Assembly: GCA_017539265.1 (NCBI GenBank)
Contig: JAFYHG010000018.1
Location: forward strand, 8,779-72,778
Direction: 5' to 3'
Source: Alphaproteobacteria bacterium
GTDB taxonomy: Bacteria; Pseudomonadota; Alphaproteobacteria; CAAHEQ01; UBA3637
Length of the DNA: 64,000 nt
The stretch's first letter is position 1. Every line of letters begins with the position of its first letter. Positions 56,984 through 64,000 of the stretch are shown here, one piece after another. The notes beneath the pieces were generated by a model. The model was not told the DNA's origin and did no database searches. It saw only the letters and a program-made list of their open reading frames with translations. Made by a program: the position numbers and the translations under genes.

Positions 56984-57006
56984 GCGATCCTTAAAAGGGA
57001 GAATGA

Positions 57007-58779
57007 ATGTCATACCACTATCCTGGACTGATTATATTATACGGGCAATTTTATATTAGGGTTAGAATACCCGCCTGTTTAAGAATGATCGCCAGATGCA
57101 AAGAGATAAGATATTCATTACAAACAAAAATCTATCAGGAAGCAATTGAAAAGTACCACGTGGAATTTGCTCATTTACAAGCATTTTTAACAATTTTTAA
57201 GGATATAATTATGAAAGTAAATGAGAATAAACAATTAACTTTAACTGAAACTGATGTGGACAAATTATTGCTCCACAGGTTAGAACAAATCCAAACCTTT
57301 TTGGAAAATAATGTAGATGAAATCAAGTCCCGACATAAGTCCGAGGCAGATATTATTTTGCTCTCAAGGGATAAAAAAGAAGCGGATATCCGCAAATTAA
57401 TGCAGGATATGATTTTGGGTTATTTGAAAGGACTGGTGGATAAAAATAAGGCAAATATCACTTTGCGGATGATTTACACTCAACTCAAAAATAAAGAGAT
57501 TGAGTTGGGGTTAGTGCAACAGGGGGAAAAATATGATTGGTTAAAAGCATTTTCCACCCACATTAACCATTTAGACCATTATGCCCAAAAATCTGTTAAG
57601 GCAATCCAAGAGGAAAAGCATTATGCCCCAACCAACCCAAAGGTTATAACCCTTTTGCGCACTTATGATTCCATGAAAACGGATGAGCGAATTCACTGTT
57701 CTATGGCAGCAACCCATTGGAAAAAGTTTTTCAAACGCTATCTGACGATGAAAAAGAATATTAAAGGGACATCTAATAAAAGGTTGTGTAAATTGGAGAA
57801 ATGTATTTGGTTAGCATTTGCACTTATGAAACGGGAGTATGTAGAAGATGTAACCAAACAGGATTGTCGCCAACTTTGCGAACTGATACATCGAGTTCCG
57901 AAACGGTGGCAAGAAAAAATTAGGGGAGATGATATTTTCCAAATTTTGACAGATAACCCTGAAAAGGCACTATCTAAAACAACCATTCAAGGATACTTAA
58001 CAGTATTTAAGGAGTACATGCGTTATGCTGAAAGAGAGGAGATTATTTCCAATAATTTGAATAGCGCAGTAGATGTACCTATCAATGTAAAACCATTTCA
58101 GCGAGAACCCTTTACAGCGAAAGATTTACACAAGATGTTTAATTCAGAAACATATATAGATCCCCGTATCAGAAAGGATTTACCCAAATTCTGGATACCA
58201 ATTATAGCCCTTTACCATGGTTGTCGTTTGAATGAAATCTGTCAATTGGATGTCAATGATATTGTGCAAGAAAAGGGAATACCTTGTATCAGCATTAATG
58301 CAAATGCCCCAGATAAATCCGTTAAAAATAAAGGATCTGAACGAATAATACCACTACATCCAAAACTAATTGAAATGGGATTTTTATATTATGTTGAATA
58401 TCAAAAACGAGGGCACAAACGAAAATTGTTTGACCTAAAACAGATTAAAAACGGGATGTATGGTAGTCCGGTCCAACATTGGTTTGCACGATATTTAGAT
58501 AGTATTGGGATAACGGAAACAACCAAAGTTTTTCATTCGTTCCGGCATACTTTTGAGACAATGGCAACAGAAAAGAGAATTCCCCCACAATATCAAAATG
58601 CAATTTGTGGGTGGACAGAACAAGGCATTGGACAAAGACTTTATGCCCACAAGAAGGACATGAACATTATGTTAGAAGAAATCAGCAAAATTAACTATCC
58701 AATCAATCGTGAACTGTCAGAACTAAAGAAGTCTTTCATGGATTCATTTGTTGTCAGGTCTTTAAGGGCAAATGGATAA
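57007..58779 (+). CDS. tyrosine integrase (tRNA-targeting, long N-terminal arm domain)
   Basis: N-terminal FYIRVRIP...EIRYSLQT. Catalytic CRLNEICQL, HSFRHTF and GQRLYAH motifs. Adjacent to tRNA-Arg. Confidence 0.85.
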   Translation: MSYHYPGLIILYGQFYIRVRIPACLRMIARCKEIRYSLQTKIYQEAIEKYHVEFAHLQAFLTIFKDIIMKVNENKQLTLTETDVDKLLLHRLEQIQTFLENNVDEIKSRHKSEADIILLSRDKKEADIRKLMQDMILGYLKGLVDKNKANITLRMIYTQLKNKEIELGLVQQGEKYDWLKAFSTHINHLDHYAQKSVKAIQEEKHYAPTNPKVITLLRTYDSMKTDERIHCSMAATHWKKFFKRYLTMKKNIKGTSNKRLCKLEKCIWLAFALMKREYVEDVTKQDCRQLCELIHRVPKRWQEKIRGDDIFQILTDNPEKALSKTTIQGYLTVFKEYMRYAEREEIISNNLNSAVDVPINVKPFQREPFTAKDLHKMFNSETYIDPRIRKDLPKFWIPIIALYHGCRLNEICQLDVNDIVQEKGIPCISINANAPDKSVKNKGSERIIPLHPKLIEMGFLYYVEYQKRGHKRKLFDLKQIKNGMYGSPVQHWFARYLDSIGITETTKVFHSFRHTFETMATEKRIPPQYQNAICGWTEQGIGQRLYAHKKDMNIMLEEISKINYPINRELSELKKSFMDSFVVRSLRANG

Positions 58780-59052
58780 AAGGGCAAAGGTGTTCAAAAT
58801 ACATTTTAGGCAACCGTCATGGGAATCATATTAGGGTGTTCAAGCGGTAAAAAATCCAAAAGGTGAAATGGTATCAATGTCATCAAAAAGTTCGTGGCAA
58901 AAAGTTTAGGATGAAAGGGGTTGATGAAAGTGTTTTTGAATAGCCAGATAATGCTGAAAACTAGCTGTAAAAAGCACATGTCACAGAAGTCTTTGTGTCC
59001 AAGGATTGTGGCCAACCCCTGTGGCCAAGCAAAATCACCCTGTTTCAGGCAC

Positions 59053-59076
59053 AAAAAAAGCCTTGATAAACAAGGC
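59053..59076 (-). terminator. element-supplied terminator downstream of tRNA-Arg
   Basis: On the minus strand, gccttg-tttat-caaggc followed by ttttttt. The same hairpin occurs at 43223-43240. Confidence 0.5.
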
Positions 59077-59089
59077 ATTATTCTAAAAG

Positions 59090-59106
59090 TGGCGCGCCCG
59101 GCAGGA
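59090..59106. repeat. att copy 3 (within the tRNA)
   Basis: tggcgcgcccggcagga corresponds to tRNA positions 60-76. Confidence 0.85.
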
Positions 59107-59166
59107 TTCGAACTTACAACCTTCTGATCCGTAGTCAGATGCTCTATCCAATTGAGCTACGGGCGC
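59090..59166 (-). tRNA. tRNA-Arg (anticodon ACG)
   Basis: Manual fold: acceptor GCGCCCG/CGGGCGC, D arm GCTC/GAGC, anticodon stem TCTGA/TCAGA with loop CTACGGA, T loop TTCGAAT, encoded CCA. The T stem GTAAG/CCTGC has one A-C mismatch and one G-U. Confidence 0.85.
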
Positions 59167-59302
59167 ATCGTGGAAGTTATAATACTCTATTTCCTTTCAA
59201 AAATCAAGTCTTTTTTTCCAAAATCTTAAAAAATTATAAAAAGCGATCTTTTTGCTTTTTTATTAAAGGTAAAATACACACCCTAAAACCGCGTTATTAA
59301 GG

Positions 59303-60199
59303 TTAACTGACAACATAAAAATCGCCGGCGTTAATACGTCCCGTTGTTCCGGTATTTGCCAAATCGTCCGCTATGATTTTAAGGCCTTTCATCGCCGTTT
59401 GATCACTGGGTCTAATGACTCGGATTCCCAAAGCGTCGGCCAGTTTTCCCAAGGAATCAAAGAACACATCTTGCCCAAACGGCAGGCGTAAAATTTCAAC
59501 CAACTGTCCCCCTATATAAAACACGGAAACTTTACGTGTCTTAACAATGTGCAGGCAAAGCCTTGCCAAACATTTAGCAATAATTTCGTATGTTTTAATT
59601 GCGTAGGGATCCCGCACATTGTGCGCCAAATAAGATACTTCGCGCGATTGCATTACGGGTTTATAATTGCCTTTCAGGCTTCTGTAAATCTTCAAGAAAG
59701 CGGGCCCGCTGATTACATCTTCCCAAATTTTGGCATCAATCGCCTTTTCTTCTTTTCGGGGACTTAAGAGAGCTTCATTTCCCATTTCTGTCGGGAATAC
59801 GACTCCATCTTGAATGAATGATACCCCCATGCCTGTCCCCACAAAGATTACACATGCTTTTTGCGTATCCGGCAAATCCGACACCCCTACCCCGTGAAAA
59901 GCCATATCATTCGCGATAAGCCCTCGTTTAAATCCAAAAGTTGCACACAATTTCGGTAAATCCAAAACAAATCGGCGATTGGTCAAACTGATTTTCCCAT
60001 TGGGTTGCAAGGGACCTGCAGCGCCCACCACAAAAGCTTCCGGTTTAACTTTTACCGCACGTAAGTATTGCCGGATAGCCTTTTCCGCCGTGAACGATTT
60101 TTCATGCGGATACATCAGTAATTTTTCAATAACACCGTTTTTTAACAAAGCAAAACGAATATTTGTTCCACCGATATCGGCTAATAATGTTGATCTCAT
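59303..60199 (-). CDS. glk: glucokinase
   Basis: LLADIGGTNIRFAL ATP-binding motif and ROK/Glk-like length. Confidence 0.75.
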   Translation of the reverse strand: MRSTLLADIGGTNIRFALLKNGVIEKLLMYPHEKSFTAEKAIRQYLRAVKVKPEAFVVGAAGPLQPNGKISLTNRRFVLDLPKLCATFGFKRGLIANDMAFHGVGVSDLPDTQKACVIFVGTGMGVSFIQDGVVFPTEMGNEALLSPRKEEKAIDAKIWEDVISGPAFLKIYRSLKGNYKPVMQSREVSYLAHNVRDPYAIKTYEIIAKCLARLCLHIVKTRKVSVFYIGGQLVEILRLPFGQDVFFDSLGKLADALGIRVIRPSDQTAMKGLKIIADDLANTGTTGRINAGDFYVVS

Positions 60200-60933
60200 T
60201 TTTTCCCCCGTTCCGTTCGCCGCATAAAGATTTCTTGGGCAGTTTCCAATTCTTCCGGCGTATTAACACCATGCAATTCTTCCGCATTTCCGATAACAAC
60301 GCTGCATTTAAGGCCTTTTTGCCGTGCAACTTCTACAATATCCGTCAAGTAATATTCATCCGCTGCATTTTCATTTTTAATTTGTTTCAAGAGGGCTAAA
60401 ACCTTTTCGCCGTTCAGGCACATTACCCCCGAATTACATAGCCTGATTGCCCGTTGTTCATCGGTTGCATCTTTATATTCCACAATTTTATCCAAGCCGT
60501 CCCGCCCCATAACCAATCGCCCGTATCGTCTGGCATCCGTCGGCATAAACCCAAGGACAACAACATCCGAACCGGCCTCATAATCGGCAACCATTTTATG
60601 AATTGTTTCGGGTAAAATTAAAGGTGTATCTCCAAACAAGACCAGGATACACCCCTTAAACGGCTTCAATGCTTCTTTTGCCATTAGCACAGCATGAGCC
60701 GTTCCCAATCGTTCTTTTTGAACGACGGTTACCGCGGGTTTAACAGCTTCTTTCACATTATCCATATTCGGGCCGACCACAACGGTTATATCCCGAACGC
60801 CGGCCGACCGCACAGTGTCCATTAAAATTTGTATCATGGGCCGACCGCAAATCGGATGCAGGACTTTCGGTAAATCCGATCCCATTCGTTTTCCCTGACC
60901 TGCCCCCAAAATAATTGCTTTTACCTTCATCAT
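60196..60933 (-). CDS. sugar-1-phosphate nucleotidyltransferase, GlmU N-terminal-domain-like (no acetyltransferase domain)
   Basis: AIILGAGQGKRMGSDLPKVLHPICGRPM signature. 245 aa. 4-nt overlap with glk. Confidence 0.7.
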   Translation of the reverse strand: MMKVKAIILGAGQGKRMGSDLPKVLHPICGRPMIQILMDTVRSAGVRDITVVVGPNMDNVKEAVKPAVTVVQKERLGTAHAVLMAKEALKPFKGCILVLFGDTPLILPETIHKMVADYEAGSDVVVLGFMPTDARRYGRLVMGRDGLDKIVEYKDATDEQRAIRLCNSGVMCLNGEKVLALLKQIKNENAADEYYLTDIVEVARQKGLKCSVVIGNAEELHGVNTPEELETAQEIFMRRTERGKK

Positions 60934-60941
60934 TTTTTCCT

Positions 60942-63251
60942 TTACCCGATAAAGACTCCATGATCCACAGCGAACAGCCGTAAATATTCTCTTAAATTTT
61001 CCGAAACCGTACTTAGTTGCCGTTTCAGATATGCTTCCAATTCCGCCCGATGCATACTTCGCACAGCGGCCTTAACCGCCCCCAAAGAAGCCGGATTCAT
61101 GGAAAGCGACCGAAATCCCAATCCTACCAACGTCATAGCTTCCAACGGCCTGCCGGCCATTTCCCCGCAAACAGAACAAGGCACACCCGCTTTCAAGCAT
61201 TTATCATTCACGGTTTTTAAAACTTTCAAAAAGGCCGGCATCAAGGGGTCATATCTGTTCCAAATGGTAGGATTACCGCGATCGGCGGCAAACATAAACT
61301 GCATTAAATCGTTCGTTCCGATAGAAACAAAATCCACTTCTTTTAACAGTTCATCTAACTGAAAAACCAATGACGGCACTTCCAACATCGTTCCGATTTT
61401 AACGGATTTAGGCAATTTTCCGCCCCGTTCCGCTTCTTGTTCCATTTCCATCAACAGGGTATTTTTGGCTTCCTGAAACTCCCGCACACAAGAAATCATC
61501 GGAAACATAACATATAAATCCCGACCCGCCGCCGCTTTTAAAAAGGCCGATAGTTGATTCCTAAGGAGCGCCCGCCGATCCAAAGTCATCCGAATAGAAC
61601 GCCACCCCATGGCCGGATTTTCTTCGGTTTGCCGCTCAAAATAGGGTAGCACTTTATCCGATCCGATATCCAATGTTCTGAAAATAACGGGTTTATCCTT
61701 TGCTTGCATCAATGCTCGCTTATAAATAGCCGTTTGCGTTTTCACGTTCGGCAGGTTCTCTGTCAACATAAACGGCAATTCCGTTCTGTATAAACCTATC
61801 CCGTCATAGGAAAAGCCGCTGTCTGCCATCAAATCATGCGACAACCCCGCATTCATATTCAGGGATATTTTAATCCCATCTTCCGTCACGGCCGGCAGGT
61901 CCCGCATAGCGGTATATTTAGCCCTTAACCGACGCGCCCGATTTGTCTGGTCACTTAAAGCATCCAAAGTATCGTCCGACGGATTTAAGTAAACATTTCC
62001 CCCGGTCGCGTCCAAAGCTACCAAGTCTCCGTCCGAGAAAATTTGAGCCACATTTTTAATCCCGCAAATCAATGGGATATTCATCGACCGCGTTACGATA
62101 ACCATATGCATGGTCTGTGACCCTTCTTCCAAAATGATTCCCTTAATCTTCTTCAGGTCATAGTCCAATAATTCAGCCGGTCCCATGCTTTTTGCCACCA
62201 AAATTGTCTGTCGTGGCATTTTCTTTTTAGCTCTGGCCTCTTTGGCACCTCGGCGCAGATGCCTCATCACGCGTCCCACCAAATCCTGCACATCATGGAT
62301 CCGTTCTTTGATATAGGGATCCGTCATCAATTCCATACGCGCCGTTACTTCATCACCGATTTTTTGAACGGCCGCATCTGCCGAAAGACCTGTTTCAATC
62401 GCTTTTGTCATTTTGGCAATCCAGCCCTTATCTTTGATAAACATCAGGTAAGTTTCAAAGATATCTGATTGACTACCGCTCATGTGCGATGTTGCTAAAA
62501 TTCGATTAACTTCCTGTTCGACGCGATCCAAGGCTTTTAACAGTTTTTGGATTTCCTTTTGGGAATCCTTCGCCAGCAGTTGCGCCGGCTGTTCCAAACG
62601 CTTATGGATAATCACACGCCCGATAGCAAAGCCAGAAATCAATCCCGTTCCTTCAATTTTTTGCCGACCCGAAGGTGGTGCTGCCACCGTTTCTTTTTTC
62701 TTAAACAGCCCCCATGAAAGCATTTCCCCCAGCACCAAGCTGATGGTTTCCAAAACTTCAATTAAATCTTGCGAAAAGGATTGGATTTTTTTTGTTTGAA
62801 CCGCCAAAACACCCAGTAATTTATTTGACCGAATAATCGGCACACCCGCCAACGATTTAAAGGATTTCTCCTTTGTTTCCGGCTTATAGACAAAACTGCT
62901 GTGTGCCCAAGCATCTTCCACAATCAAAGGCTTCCTTTGCAGGGCAATTTCCCCGATCAACCCTTCACCCAAGCGTAAAAAAGTCTCATGAACGGCCTTT
63001 TTGTCCAGCCCCCAAGTCGCGCACAATTCCAGTATATCCCCCGGCCGTGCTATGTAGCACGAACACGCATCAACCTTTAATTTTTCCGCCACCAACGCCA
63101 CGATTTTATCCAGCCGTTCCTCAGGGCTGAAATCGCGCACGCTCAACGCCCGCAAATCTTTCATGATTTGGCGGACGGAAATTCTGTCGGTTTTGTGTTC
63201 CTCATTTTCCATAATCGGCCCCATCATAGACCGAAACTTTTCTTTCGTCAA
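60942..63251 (-). CDS. ptsP: phosphoenolpyruvate-protein phosphotransferase PtsP (EI-Ntr)
   Basis: N-terminal GAF domain plus the PEP-utilising enzyme core (GGRTSHMAI-like region, SIGTNDL motif). Confidence 0.85.
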   Translation of the reverse strand: MTKEKFRSMMGPIMENEEHKTDRISVRQIMKDLRALSVRDFSPEERLDKIVALVAEKLKVDACSCYIARPGDILELCATWGLDKKAVHETFLRLGEGLIGEIALQRKPLIVEDAWAHSSFVYKPETKEKSFKSLAGVPIIRSNKLLGVLAVQTKKIQSFSQDLIEVLETISLVLGEMLSWGLFKKKETVAAPPSGRQKIEGTGLISGFAIGRVIIHKRLEQPAQLLAKDSQKEIQKLLKALDRVEQEVNRILATSHMSGSQSDIFETYLMFIKDKGWIAKMTKAIETGLSADAAVQKIGDEVTARMELMTDPYIKERIHDVQDLVGRVMRHLRRGAKEARAKKKMPRQTILVAKSMGPAELLDYDLKKIKGIILEEGSQTMHMVIVTRSMNIPLICGIKNVAQIFSDGDLVALDATGGNVYLNPSDDTLDALSDQTNRARRLRAKYTAMRDLPAVTEDGIKISLNMNAGLSHDLMADSGFSYDGIGLYRTELPFMLTENLPNVKTQTAIYKRALMQAKDKPVIFRTLDIGSDKVLPYFERQTEENPAMGWRSIRMTLDRRALLRNQLSAFLKAAAGRDLYVMFPMISCVREFQEAKNTLLMEMEQEAERGGKLPKSVKIGTMLEVPSLVFQLDELLKEVDFVSIGTNDLMQFMFAADRGNPTIWNRYDPLMPAFLKVLKTVNDKCLKAGVPCSVCGEMAGRPLEAMTLVGLGFRSLSMNPASLGAVKAAVRSMHRAELEAYLKRQLSTVSENLREYLRLFAVDHGVFIG

Positions 63252-63284
63252 GTCTTATTCCCAAATGAAGATAAAAAAAATATA

Positions 63285-63657
63285 ATCGGTCAGGCAGTCT
63301 ATAAGCCGGGTTTTGTCGTGGACAATCATTCGTCTGGGACGCGCATTACTGTTCGCCTCTAGCGACTTACCTCTTGATACTCAGCCAGAAACGCCTGTTT
63401 AGCGGGAATAAATCCCGAGTATCTTTTCTTAGTCTTGCTTCCGATAGGGTTTGTCCTGCCACTCCTGTTACCAAAAGTGCGGTGGGCTTTTACCCCGCCG
63501 TTTCACCCGTTCCGCGGTATACCGCGGTAGTTTGTTTTCTGTGACACTTTCCGTCGAGTCACCCCGCCCGGACGTTATCCGGTATCGTGTTTCTGTGAAG
63601 CCCGGACTTTCCTCAAAAACCGGTTGGTTTTCGCGATCATCCGACTACCTGACCGCC
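63285..63657 (-). ncRNA. rnpB: RNase P RNA, bacterial type A
   Basis: The minus strand contains GAGGAAAGTCCGGGCT, GGGTGAAACGGCGGGGTAAAAGCCCACC and AGACGAATGATTGTCCACGACAAAACCCGGCTTATAG. P1 pairs GGTCAGGTAGTC with GACTGCCTGACC. Confidence 0.9.
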
Positions 63658-63661
63658 GGAT

Positions 63662-63690
63662 ATATTACCAAAAAATCCCCCGTTTGTCAA
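63662..63690 (-). promoter_or_regulatory. candidate rnpB promoter
   Basis: On the minus strand, TTGACA-17 nt-TAATAT ends about 5-8 nt before P1. Confidence 0.55.
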
Positions 63691-63750
63691 GAAAAAGCTC
63701 TCTTTTTAAATACTTTAAAAGATAAATTTCCTTTTATAGGAAAATAATCC

Positions 63751-63779
63751 TTGACTTTTTGAAAAGAGTGTGCTATAAA
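63751..63779 (+). promoter_or_regulatory. candidate sigma70 promoter
   Basis: TTGACT-17 nt-TATAAA. Confidence 0.45.
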
Positions 63780-63790
63780 TTATCCTGTTT

Positions 63791-63822
63791 AACGGGCGGT
63801 CGTGTATCTGCCGTTTTTTTTT
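63791..63822 (+). terminator. intrinsic terminator-like hairpin T1
   Basis: acgg(g)cgg ... ctgccgt stem followed by nine T. Confidence 0.5.
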
Positions 63823-63855
63823 ATCGGTAAAACCGATCCCGTTAATCGCAATGTG

Positions 63856-63881
63856 CCGACCCACTTGGGTCGGTTTTTTTT
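63856..63881 (+). terminator. intrinsic terminator-like hairpin T2
   Basis: ccgaccc-actt-gggtcgg forms a 7-bp stem followed by eight T. Confidence 0.55.
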
Positions 63882-63903
63882 ATCTTTTAACAAAGGACTA
63901 CTT

Positions 63904-64000
63904 ATGACAAATCACGTCAAAATTCAAGGGGTCACTCCCCGTATTCAATACACGGCGGACGGAACCACAACGGATTACGAATTTCCGTTTGCCATTTTTT
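63904..64000 (+). CDS. hypothetical protein, 3'-partial at the window end
   Basis: SD aaagga 6 nt before the ATG. MTNHVKIQGVTPRIQYTADGTTTDYEFPFAIF... runs off the window. Confidence 0.35.
   Translation, partial: MTNHVKIQGVTPRIQYTADGTTTDYEFPFAIF

Larger units (their letters stand above)
43255..59106. mobile_element. integrative element at tRNA-Arg(ACG) with integrase, two further recombinases, an adhesin and an origin-like module
   Basis: Bounded by att copies 2 and 3. The integrase gene is adjacent to the intact tRNA. AT-rich relative to the core. Confidence 0.75.

Noticed and set aside
58799-58810. ATACATTTTAGG just after the integrase stop resembles the 13-bp IR (ATACACTTTTAGG). AAAAGTG heptamers also occur at 43148, 43251, 52836 and 59084.
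   Set aside because: The 12-mer needs a 1-nt gap, and AT-rich 7-mers are expected by chance several times in 20 kb. This is not enough to claim extra recombinase sites.
59090-59166. Whether tRNA-Arg is a pseudo-tRNA because of the A-C mismatch in the T stem.
   Set aside because: All other arms, the anticodon loop, the T loop and the CCA are canonical, and a single mismatch is tolerated. This should still be scored with a tRNA predictor.
63451-63747. 98-aa plus-strand ORF.
   Set aside because: It is antisense to the RNase P RNA gene and its promoter.
63791-63881. Considered SRP (4.5S) RNA or a tRNA-like gene for the hairpin cluster.
   Set aside because: There is no GGAAGCAGCC-type SRP domain IV motif and no cloverleaf. 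It is kept only as a generic sRNA/leader candidate.

Overview
By eye this window looks alphaproteobacterial. The evidence is the gene order lpxD-fabZ-lpxA-lpxI-lpxB, ptsP (EI-Ntr), a PhoB-type regulator and a type-A RNase P RNA. Ankyrin and MORN proteins, trimeric autotransporter adhesins and missing rib genes suggest an intracellular or protist-associated lineage (inference). Positions 1-38.1 kb are mostly core genes: a 5'-partial trimeric autotransporter adhesin with 117-bp tandem repeats, yfgM-like/bamB/der, phoB, a frameshifted rpe, ruvX, rpiB-glyA-nrdR, nusB, mlaEF, radA-cvpA-deaminase-rlmH, an AT-rich patch of orphan genes, a GT4 glycosyltransferase, a GST, and the outer-membrane/lipid A block lpxB-lpxI-lpxA-fabZ-lpxD-skp-bamA-rseP-cdsA. 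tsf and rpsB follow, unusually separated by three tandem paralogous ORFs of unknown function. Positions 38.4-59.1 kb are a visibly AT-richer accessory region of about 20.7 kb. It consists of two tandem integrative elements at tRNA-Arg(ACG), delimited by three identical 17-bp copies of the tRNA 3' end. The integrase-less element (38.4-43.3 kb) carries an operon of four secreted proteins, including a 10x CPxDKP cysteine-rich repeat protein and MORN-variant proteins. The second element (43.3-59.1 kb) carries three recombinases: a tRNA-adjacent integrase, a FimB/E-sized tyrosine recombinase next to a 13-bp inverted-repeat-flanked 237-bp segment, and a serine recombinase. It also carries a second adhesin, a 6xHTH protein, ankyrin proteins and an iteron/AT-repeat origin-like module. 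After the tRNA come glk, a GlmU-N-domain-only gene, ptsP, rnpB and a promoter with a double-terminator leader. All calls rest on visual motif recognition and manual coordinate counting. No searches or statistics were run, and composition statements are qualitative.
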